DNA from: Octopus bimaculoides
Lineage: Eukaryota
Reading direction: 5' to 3'
Assembly: GCF_001194135.2 (NCBI RefSeq)
Contig: NC_068985.1
Coordinates: 121,689,121-121,753,120, forward strand
Length of the DNA: 64,000 bases
Part shown: in pieces, positions 22,801 to 37,077 of the stretch
Numbering within the stretch: position 1 is the first letter of the stretch
Layout: each line of letters begins with the position of its first letter
Position numbers and translations under genes: made by a program
The notes under the pieces: model-generated
What the model was told of the DNA's origin: nothing
The model's database searches: none
Seen by the model: the letters and a program-made list of their open reading frames with translations, nothing else

Positions 22801-25800
22801 CACACGCGTGCATGTGTATTTGTGTGTACCCTTGCCTTGACATTATGTGATGGTTGTAAATGAATACTACCCATTATACAAGTAATGTTTGTTTTCAGTT
22901 TTCCATGAAAAACGTCTGGCCATGATGAAATATTACCTTGCTTAGAAACAGGTGAGGTGAGTGACAGAAAGGGCATCTGACTACAGAAAAACTACCTCAA
23001 CAAATTCCATCTGACCCATGCAAGCATGGAAAAGTGGACATTAAATGATGATGATGATGCTGTTGGCCAACAGTGAGTTGTTGGAGTGTTTAACAGACTG
23101 CTTTTCAGTATTTGTTCTAGCTCCCTGTATATTGAGTTTAAATCCTGCTATGGTAAACTATGCCTTTCTTTCCAGGACCTATAAAGTACCAGTACTATAC
23201 CGAAGTTGATTCATCTCAATCTTTCTACCTGGAAGAATTTGGCTATGAACAGACCCAGAAAGAGATGATCACCACTAAGTTTAAAATTGCTCAAGAAACA
23301 TTGTCATGATGGTACTCTTACTACTCTATTAGAGGTTGAGGAACCAAAGCTAAGCAAGTTGTAAAAATATATGTTGACAGGTTCACTAAGCCACTCTTAC
23401 TCATAGTATCATAAGCACAGACGAGGAACTCCATAACCAGATGTACAGGGTCGCTAAAAATGGCTTCTGAGAGAGAATATTTGGTACCTTCCATTGGCTA
23501 GTCCAGGTTACATGAATAGCTTGAAAAGATAGCAACAACATAATTTTGTTTATTTTCACAAGGTAGAGGAGGAGACAGTCAGGTGATGTTACATGGTTGG
23601 CAGCAAGTAGGATTTGACAATGTAGTGACATCAAATAGTGATGGGATGAATTAAAGCTGTTCCACATGGCAATGTAACTGGTCCGGTGGTGTCAGATTAC
23701 TTATCAGTAAGCAGCTGGGTTCTGGAAGGCCATGTTAATGGTATGCAGAAAATAAATAATCTCACTATAGACAAGCAGAGATTGCTTACTCCGCAATTAT
23801 GCATGGGCATGATAGACTTAACATGTTATTTCTAGGCTTTCAACAACCAAGGGTTCAAAGTTAATTAATGATGGAGGCCCTTTATAATTAACAAGATGTA
23901 TCTTTGATGACAACAAAACAATAGATCAGTTTTCCGGTTGATAGATACTGCAGACGTTGCAATATATGATTTTTTTTTTTTTTTTTTTTTTACAGAGGCA
24001 GAGTTCACAACAATGTCCTCTAAGTAATTATGGAAGGATGCAATGTTCGAGAAGTTGTTCCTTAATCCAGGGTCTCCAGATAAGACAGAAATTTCCTTGT
24101 CCCTACACCTGACAGAGTACATTTGTTGTGTAAATCTTCCCTTGAAATCAAACTTACATGGTCACAAAGCATCTTGTGATGCCATCAGATGCTGTGAGTA
24201 AATCTGGAAATAATAGTCTTTCACATATAGCAAGCATCCCCTGGCAGTCAGTCTTTGTAGGTACATGTAATTTTTGTTATAGTGTACAATATTATCTGAG
24301 CATGAGTAAGCTCACTTTAATATTACAAACATTAAGAGTTTATGACAAATATGGATGTTTGAGAAATGCTGTTGAAATAGAGACAGGAAGCTTCTAGCTA
24401 TATTAGCAGATACATCTAATGTTGAATGGAACATTGACATGACACATGTATATCATGACTCATACACTGTTCACTTCACTGACTTTTGTACATAATTCTA
24501 TGTACTATACATGCACCCTTGATGAGTTGTAGGGTACCTGAACACTGTACACAATAATTTCATTATTATGTACACACACACACACATAAACATTTACATA
24601 CACACACTGGAGCTTAAAAGGGCTGCACAGGCTGGTTCTCATTTTCAGTTGAGTAAACTGGAACAACATAAATTGTCTTGCTCAGGAAACAAATGAACCA
24701 ACCAAAAACAGACTCAAATCAATGACCTTATGATGATGAGCTCAATATGCTAATCACCAGGCTATGCACCATGTGTGTGTGTATGCATGGTAGCAAAACA
24801 TAAGCTTTGAATGCAGAGAATTTATGATGATTAGAATGAAATATGAAGTGGACATGCTCCATTGTATACATACTATTAGTGTACATGAACAAGAGAGTAC
24901 AAAAGAGCCAAGAGAAAATCAGAACATAAGAGGAAATCGACGTAAAAGAGAAAAGACAGAAATGGTAGGAGCATGTTATATATATATATGAAAGAGAACA
25001 ACTGCATAAAAAAGTGTCACATGTTCAAAGGAACAGAACTTCAGAAGAGAGAGACAAAGGAAGACATGGGACAATGTGGGAAAGAATGATTGAAGTTGTT
25101 GCTTCTCAATAAGATAAAGGATTGCAATGTCTGGTAACTCAATGTAGGAAATAACTTGATTACTTGTACAAGTTTGTTTTGCACATATAGGTACAGTAAA
25201 AGAGGCTAGTTAAGAAGCTTGCTTCACAATCACAAGCTCCTGGGTGCAATCTCGTTGCATATCTTAGACAAGAGCAATTTTATATAGCCATTGGTCAAAC
25301 TGGACAAAAGGAAATTGTGTTGACACCAGTGAATGGATTGTACTTGTATTGAAAGGTCCTGCTTTGCTATATTGTGTCATGTTGATTCCATCCAAGAACT
25401 ACACACTATTTGAAAGAGCTTGGAAGCTCTGAAAGAAATTGACAGATTCATTAAGGCATATACTGCTCTGTGTGTGTAGATAGATAGACAGATGAATATA
25501 GATACATATACACACATTTATATATACATATTTACAAATACAAGTCAACAGTGACTTGAAGTTTGTTGGCCAACAAACATAAAAATTCTGAATTCCCTGA
25601 GAACTTTCCTTGTAAATCACCACTTAGATGTACTGAGTGATCCTGCCAACATTGTCCAGTTGCTTTTATGTATAACTATGCATAAAAGGAAACATTATCT
25701 CTCCAAATTTACCTTGCCTGATCAGTACAAGCCTCACCACCACTACCACTCACACACACACACTGTTCACATTATAAAGTGGTTTGTTGAATGAGCAGTG

Positions 25801-27169
25801 GTAGTGTAGGGTTATGAGGTCTCTCTAGTTCAGCCTCATCAAGGACTATTAAACTCTCCTGTGTAGGTGCCATGAGAAAGTGCACCCTGGAAAGTGGTTG
25901 GCATTAAACAGGGCATCCAGCCATAGAAACCAAGCAAAATGACACATATCAGTAGCAACAGCTCCTAATGGGAAGGGACTCAGACCGTGATGACCTGTCC
26001 AACCTATGCCAGCAGGGAGGCAGACATAAAAATGATGATGGTCTGAACTGCACACATGTTGAAAATGTTTTATTAGAATTAAATTATTTGCAGCAATAAA
26101 TATGCAGTTCTTTGTTCTATTTAATCAAGTTTGTATATATTTCTCATTTCATTTCAGACACATCTTTGAAGATGCAATGTTTTCAGGCCTGTATGGTTTG
26201 AGAAATTTTTGAGACTATCTTGTTCATTATAGAACAGAAGGTTATAAAAATCTCTTTAGCATATTGCACTCATTTGATGACTCTTTTGTTCAACTTCCAA
26301 TTCTTCCTTTTCTTTGGTTGTATGTTTTAACTGAAGTTTGCTTTACACCTTCTTCCCTTCCCCATCCCAAATATATTGTTTCCATTGTAAATCATTTACA
26401 GGATATGAAAATACAACAAAGCTGTCATATTTCCCACAACTTGTTTCCCTATTTCTTTTTGTCTGGCTATCTATGGCTAACTTTCTTTGCTTCCAATATT
26501 ATACATTCGTTCATAAACATCTTTTGATCTACCTTCTCTTCCATTCACTTCTTTTCTCTCAGTTCAACCACTGTGCTTGTATTACCTTTAATTTGTGATT
26601 TATACTTCTATCAACCATTATATTTACTTAATCTGCTTGTGTATTTAAATAACAAAATATTCAATTTTGTAGGCTTCAATGTCACCAAAAGTTTATAACT
26701 GTTTAAGCCAGCAAGTCTTTTTAAGAAAAATAAGGATGTGTTTTGAATAAACAGCAATTAGTTTATTTCATGTTAAGTATGATGATAAACATATTCCTAT
26801 ACATACACATTATTGTCTGAGAAGAGGAGTAAGTATATGAGAGAGAGATAAAGTGAACGATTAATGAAAATCTGAAGAAAAAGAAAGAGTTTAATGTCAC
26901 AAACAGACATGTTTTAAGTTTCTGTACCTCCCACCAAACACTCCTCAACTGCCTGTCTTCTCTCAACTCCTACATTACAACACTTAGTGTTTCTCCATAT
27001 CTTTTCTTGACTTATCTCTGTTCTGCATATGAACCAGTTTGTAAAATCTAGTAAAGATTTGTTGAAATATGATGTTACTTCAAAACCAACTGAAACTGAA
27101 TGACCTGAGACTATAGTAGAAGATACTTGTCCCAGGTACTGCACATATATACATACACATATTTATGTA

Positions 27170-27218
<49 letters not shown>

Positions 27219-30200
27219 ACATCATTTCACATTCACAGCTCATGCTGGCATGAGAACACACGCACATACATACGGTAACTCAGAACAAGACAAAAAAAAA
27301 AAAAAAATCACCAGACCAAAAACAGCCCCTGAAAAAAGTAAACACTTCCAACTAGATACATGAAAGAAATAAGATTTAATTAAATTACCATCAGCCCTAA
27401 TGTGACCTTAGAAACAACTGCATATCAGAATGAGGTGGCCTTCACCTATGCTACCCACAACAAGCCCCAAGTGTTTGACTGTGGGCCTTCCAGCCAGTAA
27501 CACCTCAATGATGTTCCAAACACATCAGTTCAGGAGATTCAAACCAGAAAAGCTAGGAGACCATTTGGCCTGGAGTGGGGAAGGAAAAAATGTATGATCA
27601 TATGACTCCCCTGAGTTTTCCTGGACATGAACAGGCCTCTACTTGCCATGTAGAACTTGTACCCGATGTCCTCATGTGAAATGCACTGGAGAGAAGACTC
27701 TACCATTTCAAGTAGCAGTGAAATAGTCCTAAAAGACCAGGTAGTGTTGTTGTTCATGGCTGGAACCATCCTGATAATGTCTGATAACTGAGAATATATT
27801 TTCCTAAGACCACAGATAACATGTCCCCACCAAAGGCCACCAGTTCCTTCCTGACTATAAACATGAAGGCCACATTGAATAAGCTGAACATTTCTGAGTT
27901 GCAGTGGTTGGCAGCTAGAAACATGAGCACAGTGTGCCATTTCATTTCCAGTGTAAGATTGTAATCTGTTACGTTGGTGCCGATGATAAGCCTGTAAGAG
28001 AAATGAGGAGTTAAAATTTGGTACAAGCCATATAACATTACAAGGTTTCCTTCCATTTATGGCCAGCAAAAGTTTTTTACAAGCACTTAGTACATTCTTT
28101 GCATGTGTGTGTGTGTGTGTGCACGCGCGCGTATATTACATACCATAAATAATGCTGAATATTCATATTTAGTACCTCGCACCCACAATGTATATTGGTT
28201 CAACATAAAAAGTACAATTACTGTATAAAAGACATCTCATATGAGATAATGGAGTTGAAAACTAATGGAGAACTATATAAGCAAAGAAATTACAAGTTTA
28301 ACTAACGTGACAAACTGATGGAGAGCTGTAAGGCAAATATGAACAAGAATATATAATGTTGGAAATTTTCTAATACAACATAATGTTAGTGTAATAATTT
28401 AACCATATAAAAGAGTAAAGCTGGAACACAAGACCCACCCAAATGGCTATCGACCATTCCAACTCCAAATCCCTCACAATGAAAGGAAGCCTTCTAGTGC
28501 ATCATGTATAAGATATTTGTTGTCTTTTCTTACAGGGTCATTGTGCTACAATGATATAACATGAGAAATCTATCTCTCTCACCATACCCACTTCTATATA
28601 TTGAAATTTCCCATCAACTGTACCTCCAACCTTGTCTATCAATCATTACATTCACCTCTACCCCCATCTTTAACCATCTATTATTCTCCTTTCACACTTT
28701 TATGAAAATACCCACTCTCTCCCCCNNNNNNNNNNCCCCCCGGTCCACTGCATTCTCTCGTACTCTGAAAATTTGCTCTGACACTCCATCACTATCATCT
28801 TTATCTTTTTCAATCTACTCTCACCCACTCCATGTGTGATAGACATGTATCTTCTCTATAGCAAGACACCTATCCTTGTCCCTCTATAATATTTTAGCTT
28901 TAAACACCTGGCATAAAGCCACCTCGCCTCCTCAAATACCCACACTTCCATGTCAGCAGTGGGAGCTTTTTACTTTTTCATTTTACACCTGTTTTTGTTT
29001 ATCAAGTTACTTTGCAACCTCACTAGTGCCAGTGGTATGGAAAAAAAAAACACTCAGTACCCACTATAAAGTACTTGGTGTTAGGAAGGGCATCCAACCA
29101 ACAAACTAAGCCAAAGCTGACACTGGAGCTTGGCATAGTTCTGCAGTTTGCCAGATCCTGTCAAACTGTTCAATCTATGCCAGCATAGAAAACAGGTCAA
29201 ATGATGACGATGGTGATAATGTTAAACTTGTAAAAGAAAATATGTGGCAGAATAAACAGTTCCTTATTTAACAAAATTATCCAGGATAAAAGCAAATAAC
29301 CATAAGAACATGTTTGAAGTGAAGTTACATTATCAAATCTTTCCAATTAGCCAACATCTCTAAAAAAAAAAAAAAAATAATAATAAATGCTGTTGAGCAT
29401 TTAACTACAGCAAGATATACCAACTCACTTCTGAGAAATGAGAAAAACTCATTAAATTTGTTGCCCTGCATTCCAAAAATGCATCTTGCACAGGGGTATC
29501 TTATCGGTATTACATTTTTCTCTGTCCTTAAGTTCATTATCATATTTGCTTGTAAAATATATTCACAGAAGTAAAACATAGAAACAAATAACTTACAACT
29601 GTGGACAAAGTATAATTAACTATATCAGCAATGAATTGGATCTCCTCAATTGATAGTCCAAGGACATTTAAATGACAATTGTTTAGTCAGAAAAGCGCAT
29701 TCAAAACAAGTAACATCTGTGCTTTAATAAGAAAACTTTACAATCTGACAATATAGACTATGTAGCCTTGTGACAGATGCAAGTGCATTAGCAAGGATTA
29801 TCACATATGATGGATATTTTAAAAAGAGAGAGGACATGAAATAATACTTCAAGAATGTGAAATACAATATATGGTAATCACAGCTCTCATCATACAAACA
29901 TACTGCTTACCTAAATTAATAAAGCAGTCTACCAAATACAATCACATGGCTTAGGTTGGTCTGGAGAACTATGGCAGAAGACAGAAGACACTTGCTCAAG
30001 GGGCCACATAGTGGGACTAACTTTGAAGCTGGTAAGTGAACTTCTTTACCACAAAGTTATACATACATACACACACGTGTAGGTGTGATGCATGTATTAT
30101 GTGTTGGTTTACATCTACAATTAAATAAAGGCTGTCAGGTACAGGCAGTTCTGCCAACAAATCATTTGCTCCCTTCATACTTTGAAGCCATATGGGGTAA

Positions 30201-33200
30201 GAAAACCCTTACTAGATAAACAGATACAGGTTAGCAACAAGAGCATCCTGCTGACAACTGCCTCAATAACATTCATCGAACCAATGCAAACATGGAAAAA
30301 TGGACATAAAATGAACAAAGGAATACACACAGGTATATACATACATACACACACACAGACAAGTATATATTGGGTGACCCCATAAATAATGCGGTTTTTT
30401 AATACATCTTTTATTTTTCAAAATAAAGATAAACAAAGTTCTTTTTTGACTTAAAATATACTCCCCATTTTCTACAATGCTCTTCTATCTATTTGGTAGA
30501 TTTGCAAGGCTCTTCTTACAAAATTCACTTGTCCGTGACGGAAAATACTCCTCCAGTACTGTTCTGACCTCGTCTACAAAATTCATATTTTTTCTGTCCA
30601 AATGAGTTTGAAGACTACAGAATAAATGATAATTAGATGAGGCAATGTCTGACGAATATGGTGGGTGGGGCATCGTTTCCCATTCAAGCTGCTGCAGCCT
30701 TTGGAATGTCATCCTCACTGTATGTGGCCAAGCATTATCTTGATGGAAGAACACCTTTCATCGTGAAACCAAAGATAGTGTAGTCAGCACTAGAAGGAAA
30801 AGGACTGAGTGGTTAAATGACCAAATCCAAGCTTCTTTTCTAGTTCTTGAACAGTTACGATAGGATTTTGCTCCACCAGGGTTTGCAGGACATCTTTGTT
30901 GAGCTCTACAGATCTTCCGGGATGAAACTCATCTTCTAGGCTGTAGTTTCTGACACTGAATTTCTGGAATCACTGCTGACACTGGCTTACGCTTGTTGTC
31001 CAATCCCCATATACTGCATTAACATTCCTCGCACTTTCCATTGCGTTGTTGCCTTTATTGAACTCATAAAACAAAATATGCCAAATATGCTCCTTTGTCA
31101 CTTCCATTATAGCTTTGAAAGAATAACTGTTAAAATCAAACTGCACTCTTCAAAACTTGCACTAAGAATAAGAACAAGGTAAAATAACTACCTGCTTTTA
31201 TAACAAGTTGATGCAGGTATTTTATCCTGTCCCCCTCCAACTTTTAGTTCATGCAATTGAAAAAAACCCACGTTATTTATAAGATGACCCAATACACACA
31301 CAAACACCAGTGTTTACTCATGTACATAGAGTAAAGAACACACACACACACACAGAAAAGATATACATAATTCAAATCAAACAAAGACACATAAACCCCG
31401 CAAAAAATTACAAAATTTAGCAGGTAAACTTTTTTCCTGTAAACATTAGTTCTGATTTTATAACCTGCTCTATTTCCCCTTAAAAATTTAAACAGATAAT
31501 TTGTGGATGTGTGTGTTTATATGACTTCCATAAGCTTTTTGCAATAAATACATGATTTACTAAATTATTGTAGACCTATTTCTAATTTCAAGACGGTCCC
31601 TTCTCAGTTCCTCTAAAACTTAATAATGAAACTCAATATCTAGATATTTTACATGAATCATAAGTTAACTTCCCCAAATCAGGTAAACAACTGGAATAAG
31701 GTTGTCAAAACTGCTAATAAAATTTAATTTCTCTTCCATCAAAGAGAAATATCTATTTCTTAAAATCATATTGGGTTGGCAACTAAGTTCCCACTGTTTC
31801 TTTTAAATTTTATAATTTATTGCATTTTTAAATTTTGGAATCTATCTTTTTCAAGAATTCTATTTTGAATCACTTTGGAATCTATTTTGTTTTCTTTCTA
31901 GTTAATTTTAGTTAATTTTTGTTTATTTTCAGACTGTTAAAATGGAATGTCAAGTTAAGAAAAACGAGCATTTTCTACACCTCCTTTTTGCTTTTAATCA
32001 AGGTTCTAAGGCTGCAAAAGCTGCTCACGACATTTGTGCTGTGTATGGAGAGGGTGCCATAGCTGAAAGAACCACTCGTGATTGGTATACCAAGTTCAAA
32101 AATGGAAATTTTGACCTCAAAGACGCACCTCGTTCTGACCATCCAGTTGAGTTTGATGAAGAGCAATTAAACCAACTTTTGCATGAATATTCTCATCAAA
32201 CAACAAGGGAACTGGCAGAGAAAATGGAATGCTCCCACACTGCTATAGAGAAGCATTTTCACTCAATGGGAAAGGTTCAGAAGTATGGAGCATGGGTTCC
32301 GCATGCTTTGAGTGACAACAACAAAAATCAAAGAGCCACAATCTCCGCTGGTTTACTTGCTTGTCACTGCTCAATTCATGGACACAAACAATGATTTCTT
32401 CACCGAATCATTACTGGCGAAGAAAAATGGTGCCTGTACATCAATATGAAGCAGTGTAAGGTATGGCTTAGCCCTGGTAAACAAGCGACACCGTCCATGA
32501 AACAAGATCTTCATCTGCATAAAACGATGTTGTGCGTATGGTGGGACTGGGAAGGGATTATCCATTACGAATTGCTTGAATGGAACCAAACAGTCAACAC
32601 GGAACTCCATGTTCAACAGATGGAACAACTCAACACGGCTATTCAAGAGAAAAGACCTAATCGGCAGCATGGAGTTCTTCTGCTGCACGATGACACCCGC
32701 CCTCATATCACCAATATGACCTAGGAAACCATTGAAACACATGGCTGGNNNNNNNNNNNNNNNNNNNNNNNNNNNNNNNNNNNNNNNNNNNNNNNNNNNN
32801 NNNNNNNNNNNNNNNNNNNNNNNNNNNNNNNNNNNNNNNNNNNNNNNNNNNNNNNNNNNNNNNNNNNNNNNNNNNNNNNNNNNNNNNNNNNNNNNNNNNN
32901 NNNNNNNNNNNNNNNNNNNNNNNNNNNNNNNNNNNNNNNNNNNNNNNNNNNNNNNNNNNNNNNNNNNNNNNNNNNNNNNNNNNNNNNNNNNNNNNNNNNN
33001 NNNNNNNNNNNNNNNNNNNNNNNNNNNNNNNNNNNNNNNNNNNNNNNNNNNNNNNNNNNNNNNNNNNNNNNNNNNNNNNTCTACAAACCAACAAAGCCTA
33101 CAACATCAAGTTTGCACTTTTTGCAGTTATATGGAAGATGAAGGCTACAACTTTGACAAATGGTTGAAAAGTTGTATAATATTGAAATCAATTTGAATTT

Positions 33201-36200
33201 TAAAAGATTTGAGATAAATTTCCTTTGGCACTCTTTGTAAATGTTAGCAAAAGGAAACAATGGAAAATGACTTTCAGGAACGGCTATCAAATTGTCATTC
33301 ATAAAGAAATTGTAATCAAATCACAAGACAGGAAAAAAAAAAAAAAAAAGAAGATTCTCATAGACATTACCACTCACTACATAGAGACTATCATTTACTA
33401 TGAACATTTTCAAAGTTTATATTGAACACTTTTGGACTTTTTTTGAAGCAGTCACTTTCAACAGGCTGCATAACTGCCTACAAGCAATCTGACAATATCA
33501 CTCACTTGTACACATTTTAGAAGAGTCTGATGATTTCCTGTCACTCTACCTTCAGATGCAGAATAAACACTACTGTAGAGTTATAGCAAAATACTCAACT
33601 ACATATTCTTTATCATAATTTAGTAATTTTAAATTGTGTAGTAGTGTATATTATACTAAAGCTCTCTTATTTTATATTACAAAATAGTGAACAATTATTA
33701 CTAGGTTACCTGATTTATCATATTTTCCATATTAACAGACACTGTCTTCCCTATTAGTCCATGATTCACACATTCAAATGACTAAGATATATAATTTTAG
33801 TTTCATCCATGTTTCCATGTCGGAGAGAAAGACAGTCACCTTTTTATTTCTTAAGTATATATATTTTTTTAATCATTAACTTAATACCTAGGTATTTTAC
33901 ATGTTTGTAGGTTAGCTCACAAAAACAGCAGGCAAAACAAGTAATTCAATTTCTGCTCTATTAATAAAGGATATACAACATACATGCACACACTATTCAG
34001 TTATTCAACTTGAGAATTAAATGTTCAACAAGGAAGAATTCCTGACAATATATTATCTATCTACCAAGTAAAAAAAACCCAAAAAAACTAAGCATGTCAA
34101 TATTACCAGTGCTGTTTTAATTTTGTACTATTAATACACATTGATACATTTAATCAACCTAACTGGGTTTTAGTGGAGAAAATAATATTTGCTTCCTTGA
34201 AAGATAACTGTTTCAAAATCTAAGTGTTGAGTAAATCAAACTTTCTAATGGTGACATACACACATAAACAGCCACACATTAAAAAAAAAAAAGTTCGATG
34301 AGAATAATCTGAAAAACAAATGTTGTGATGGTGACGTTTATGAATACCTTTCCTCTGGTTACACCATAGGTGGCCCTGGCTCCAGCCCAAGTGAAACAGA
34401 ACCCATCTGGCTCAGTCAAACTCTTTGCTCCATAGCTAGATAAAAATATACATATAACAATACAAATCCATGTGGCAAAATACATAACCTATATCTAAAA
34501 ATATAGCAATACAATAAAATATATATTTGTACAAATCAAATTAAAGTTAAACTAAGCTTGATTCAAATTACTTTGTTACTATAAACATGTCAGCATACTT
34601 TGAGCAATTAAATGGTGTAGTGCTTAATGCATAGTGTCTTCTAGAGGATTTACTGACAGGCTAGATTTTGTTTAGGTAGATAACCTGCTAGAAGAACATT
34701 ACTTGAATCATGGCTAACACAACTTGAAAATGAGATATATATTGACAGTTAAAATTTGCTATATCTCATGAATCCATTGTACTACATTAAGATTGACTTT
34801 TAAATTTGTTTAAGCTATTATTAATATAATTACTACACAAGCAAACATAAAATATTACTTGTAGAATAGTAACATTAAGCTGAAATAGAATTTAGTAAAA
34901 TTACTTAAAATGTACATTGATCAAAGCTACAACCTTGCTACAATACCAAGGACATAGCGTAAGTCTTGGAATATTTAAAACTGTTAGAAATTTTTTTTAA
35001 ATAATTGTAAGATAAACTGACAAGGTTTGTTATTCAAAAGAATGTAAATACAACAAATTGAACACAAAGGTTTCATTACTGTATTATTAACAATTACAGG
35101 GGATAGAAAGTTTCAAAGAGGAAAACATACTAATAACTATTCAAAGTATAAAATTAGGTAGAATTGTAATTTTAGAATATAAATATCATTTATTATATCA
35201 CAAGACATTTTTGTATGTTTATTATCAACTTGAATCACAGATAAATATGTCTTATTCATTCATTACACTGTAGCAAACCACTTGAAACTAAAGCTTTCGA
35301 GTATCATTCATTAACTACTCCATTAATTATTAATCTTACTGAATAGATGTTTGAGTAGAAAAGCAAACGTTTTCAAAGAATAACATTAATAACAACTATG
35401 TGAAAACTTAGTTCATTTAACACAATATATTTAACCCTTTTGACACCAACCTGTGTGAGACCAAATGTTCTACAATACAAATTTCCTATTTCAAAGTGGT
35501 CTTGGTTAAAACCTGCCATTAAAATTTCATGCTAATTTATGTTCCAAATTAATTATTAATGACAAAGTTATTCAACTAAATTCTTCATTTTCCTCAAAAT
35601 TAATTAAAATGGAGGTATTGTATTTCAACAGAAATATGATAATAGGAATAATGATATTAAGAGGACAAATATGAAAGAATCAGCTGAAAACTTTTAACGT
35701 AAAATGATAAACATTATATCATCAATGACAAAAAGTAAAAGCAACAAGCCCACTGACAAAAGTCGATAACGCAGTGGTCAGGCAAGTGAAAAGCACACAG
35801 TTAAGTACCATCAGAGGACTTGTTCTCCATCTCAAATCAGTACTTATAATGTATAATATCATACAGAATTTTGTCAGTGAACAGGCCGCGGTCTCAAAGC
35901 GACGAAAATATTTTGGCAAATTAAATTTAAATGTTGAAGTGATCTAATGGCTTTTGTGTGTTTCCTAAATGGCTTATAAACACCTTCCATGCTGCAATTG
36001 TTTTTGTTCCAACACACGATCTCAGATCAGGTCACTTGCTATGCAAGTACATCTCCGTGTATATGTGTATGTATGTGTATATATATATATATATATATAA
36101 ATTTTCAGTAAATTTTGTAAGGCCTAAAGACAGAGTCATTATTTGAATTTATTTTTGTTTCGGTGTGAGTGCACTTCTAGATTCAAATACCCTTGTAAAA

Positions 36201-36949
36201 TTCAATTATGAATTTATAGTTAAAACCATTTACCAGATTCATATTGACATTTTACTCAGTTATATATTTGCAAATGAAGACCCAATCTTTGAATGGATAT
36301 ATTTTCCTTCTGGTATTTCATGAAATACCAGAAACAGTTTATGGATTCAAGTTGATTTTTTTTTTTTTTTTTTAACAGTGGAAAATATAGTCCTTTAATT
36401 TAATACAATTTATTACAAAAAAGTCACTGTTCAGTTATGTAGGTCTGTGATTACTGAAGAATTAGAGAAATTGTAGCAAATAACTTTTTCAAAGTATATT
36501 AGTAATTCCTAATAAGTTAGCTGGCACCTTTTGTGAGGATGACATTTGATATGAAGGTTGAAGGAATGTGTGTATAAACATTCATACATATATCTATACA
36601 CACACATACAAGTGTGTTTAGCTATATATACATATACTCACATTTATACATATGTACATGTGTATATATACACAAGCAATGTCAAACTTTTCCATGTAAA
36701 AATGAATACGTATACTCTACTAAAAAGTAGTGAGTAATCCTTCAGTTTAATATTAAATTGTTCTTATATATAACTTCACTTAAAAACAAAATGTATATAT
36801 AGGTATACATATGAATGTGTATGTATAAATGTATATGATAGCCCTATAGTGAAGGAAGAATGGAAGTGCACAGTTACAAATGTGCTCAAACACAGCAGGA
36901 ATCTTGTCCTAACATCCATTGCTGTTGTGTCTTCCTATGACAGGGATGT

Positions 36950-36984
<35 letters not shown>

Positions 36985-37026
36985 AAAACATGTACGTGCC
37001 CATGCACCTATGTGTGTTAGATATAT

Positions 37027-37077
<51 letters not shown>

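Noticed and set aside
31942-32724. SETMAR-like domesticated fusion
   Set aside because: No SET domain nearby, in-frame stops are present, and it lies antisense within an intron.
32708-33196. ORFs spanning N runs (also 17435-17809, 43522-43780, 53342-53634, 54821-55168)
   Set aside because: Artefacts of translating through assembly gaps.
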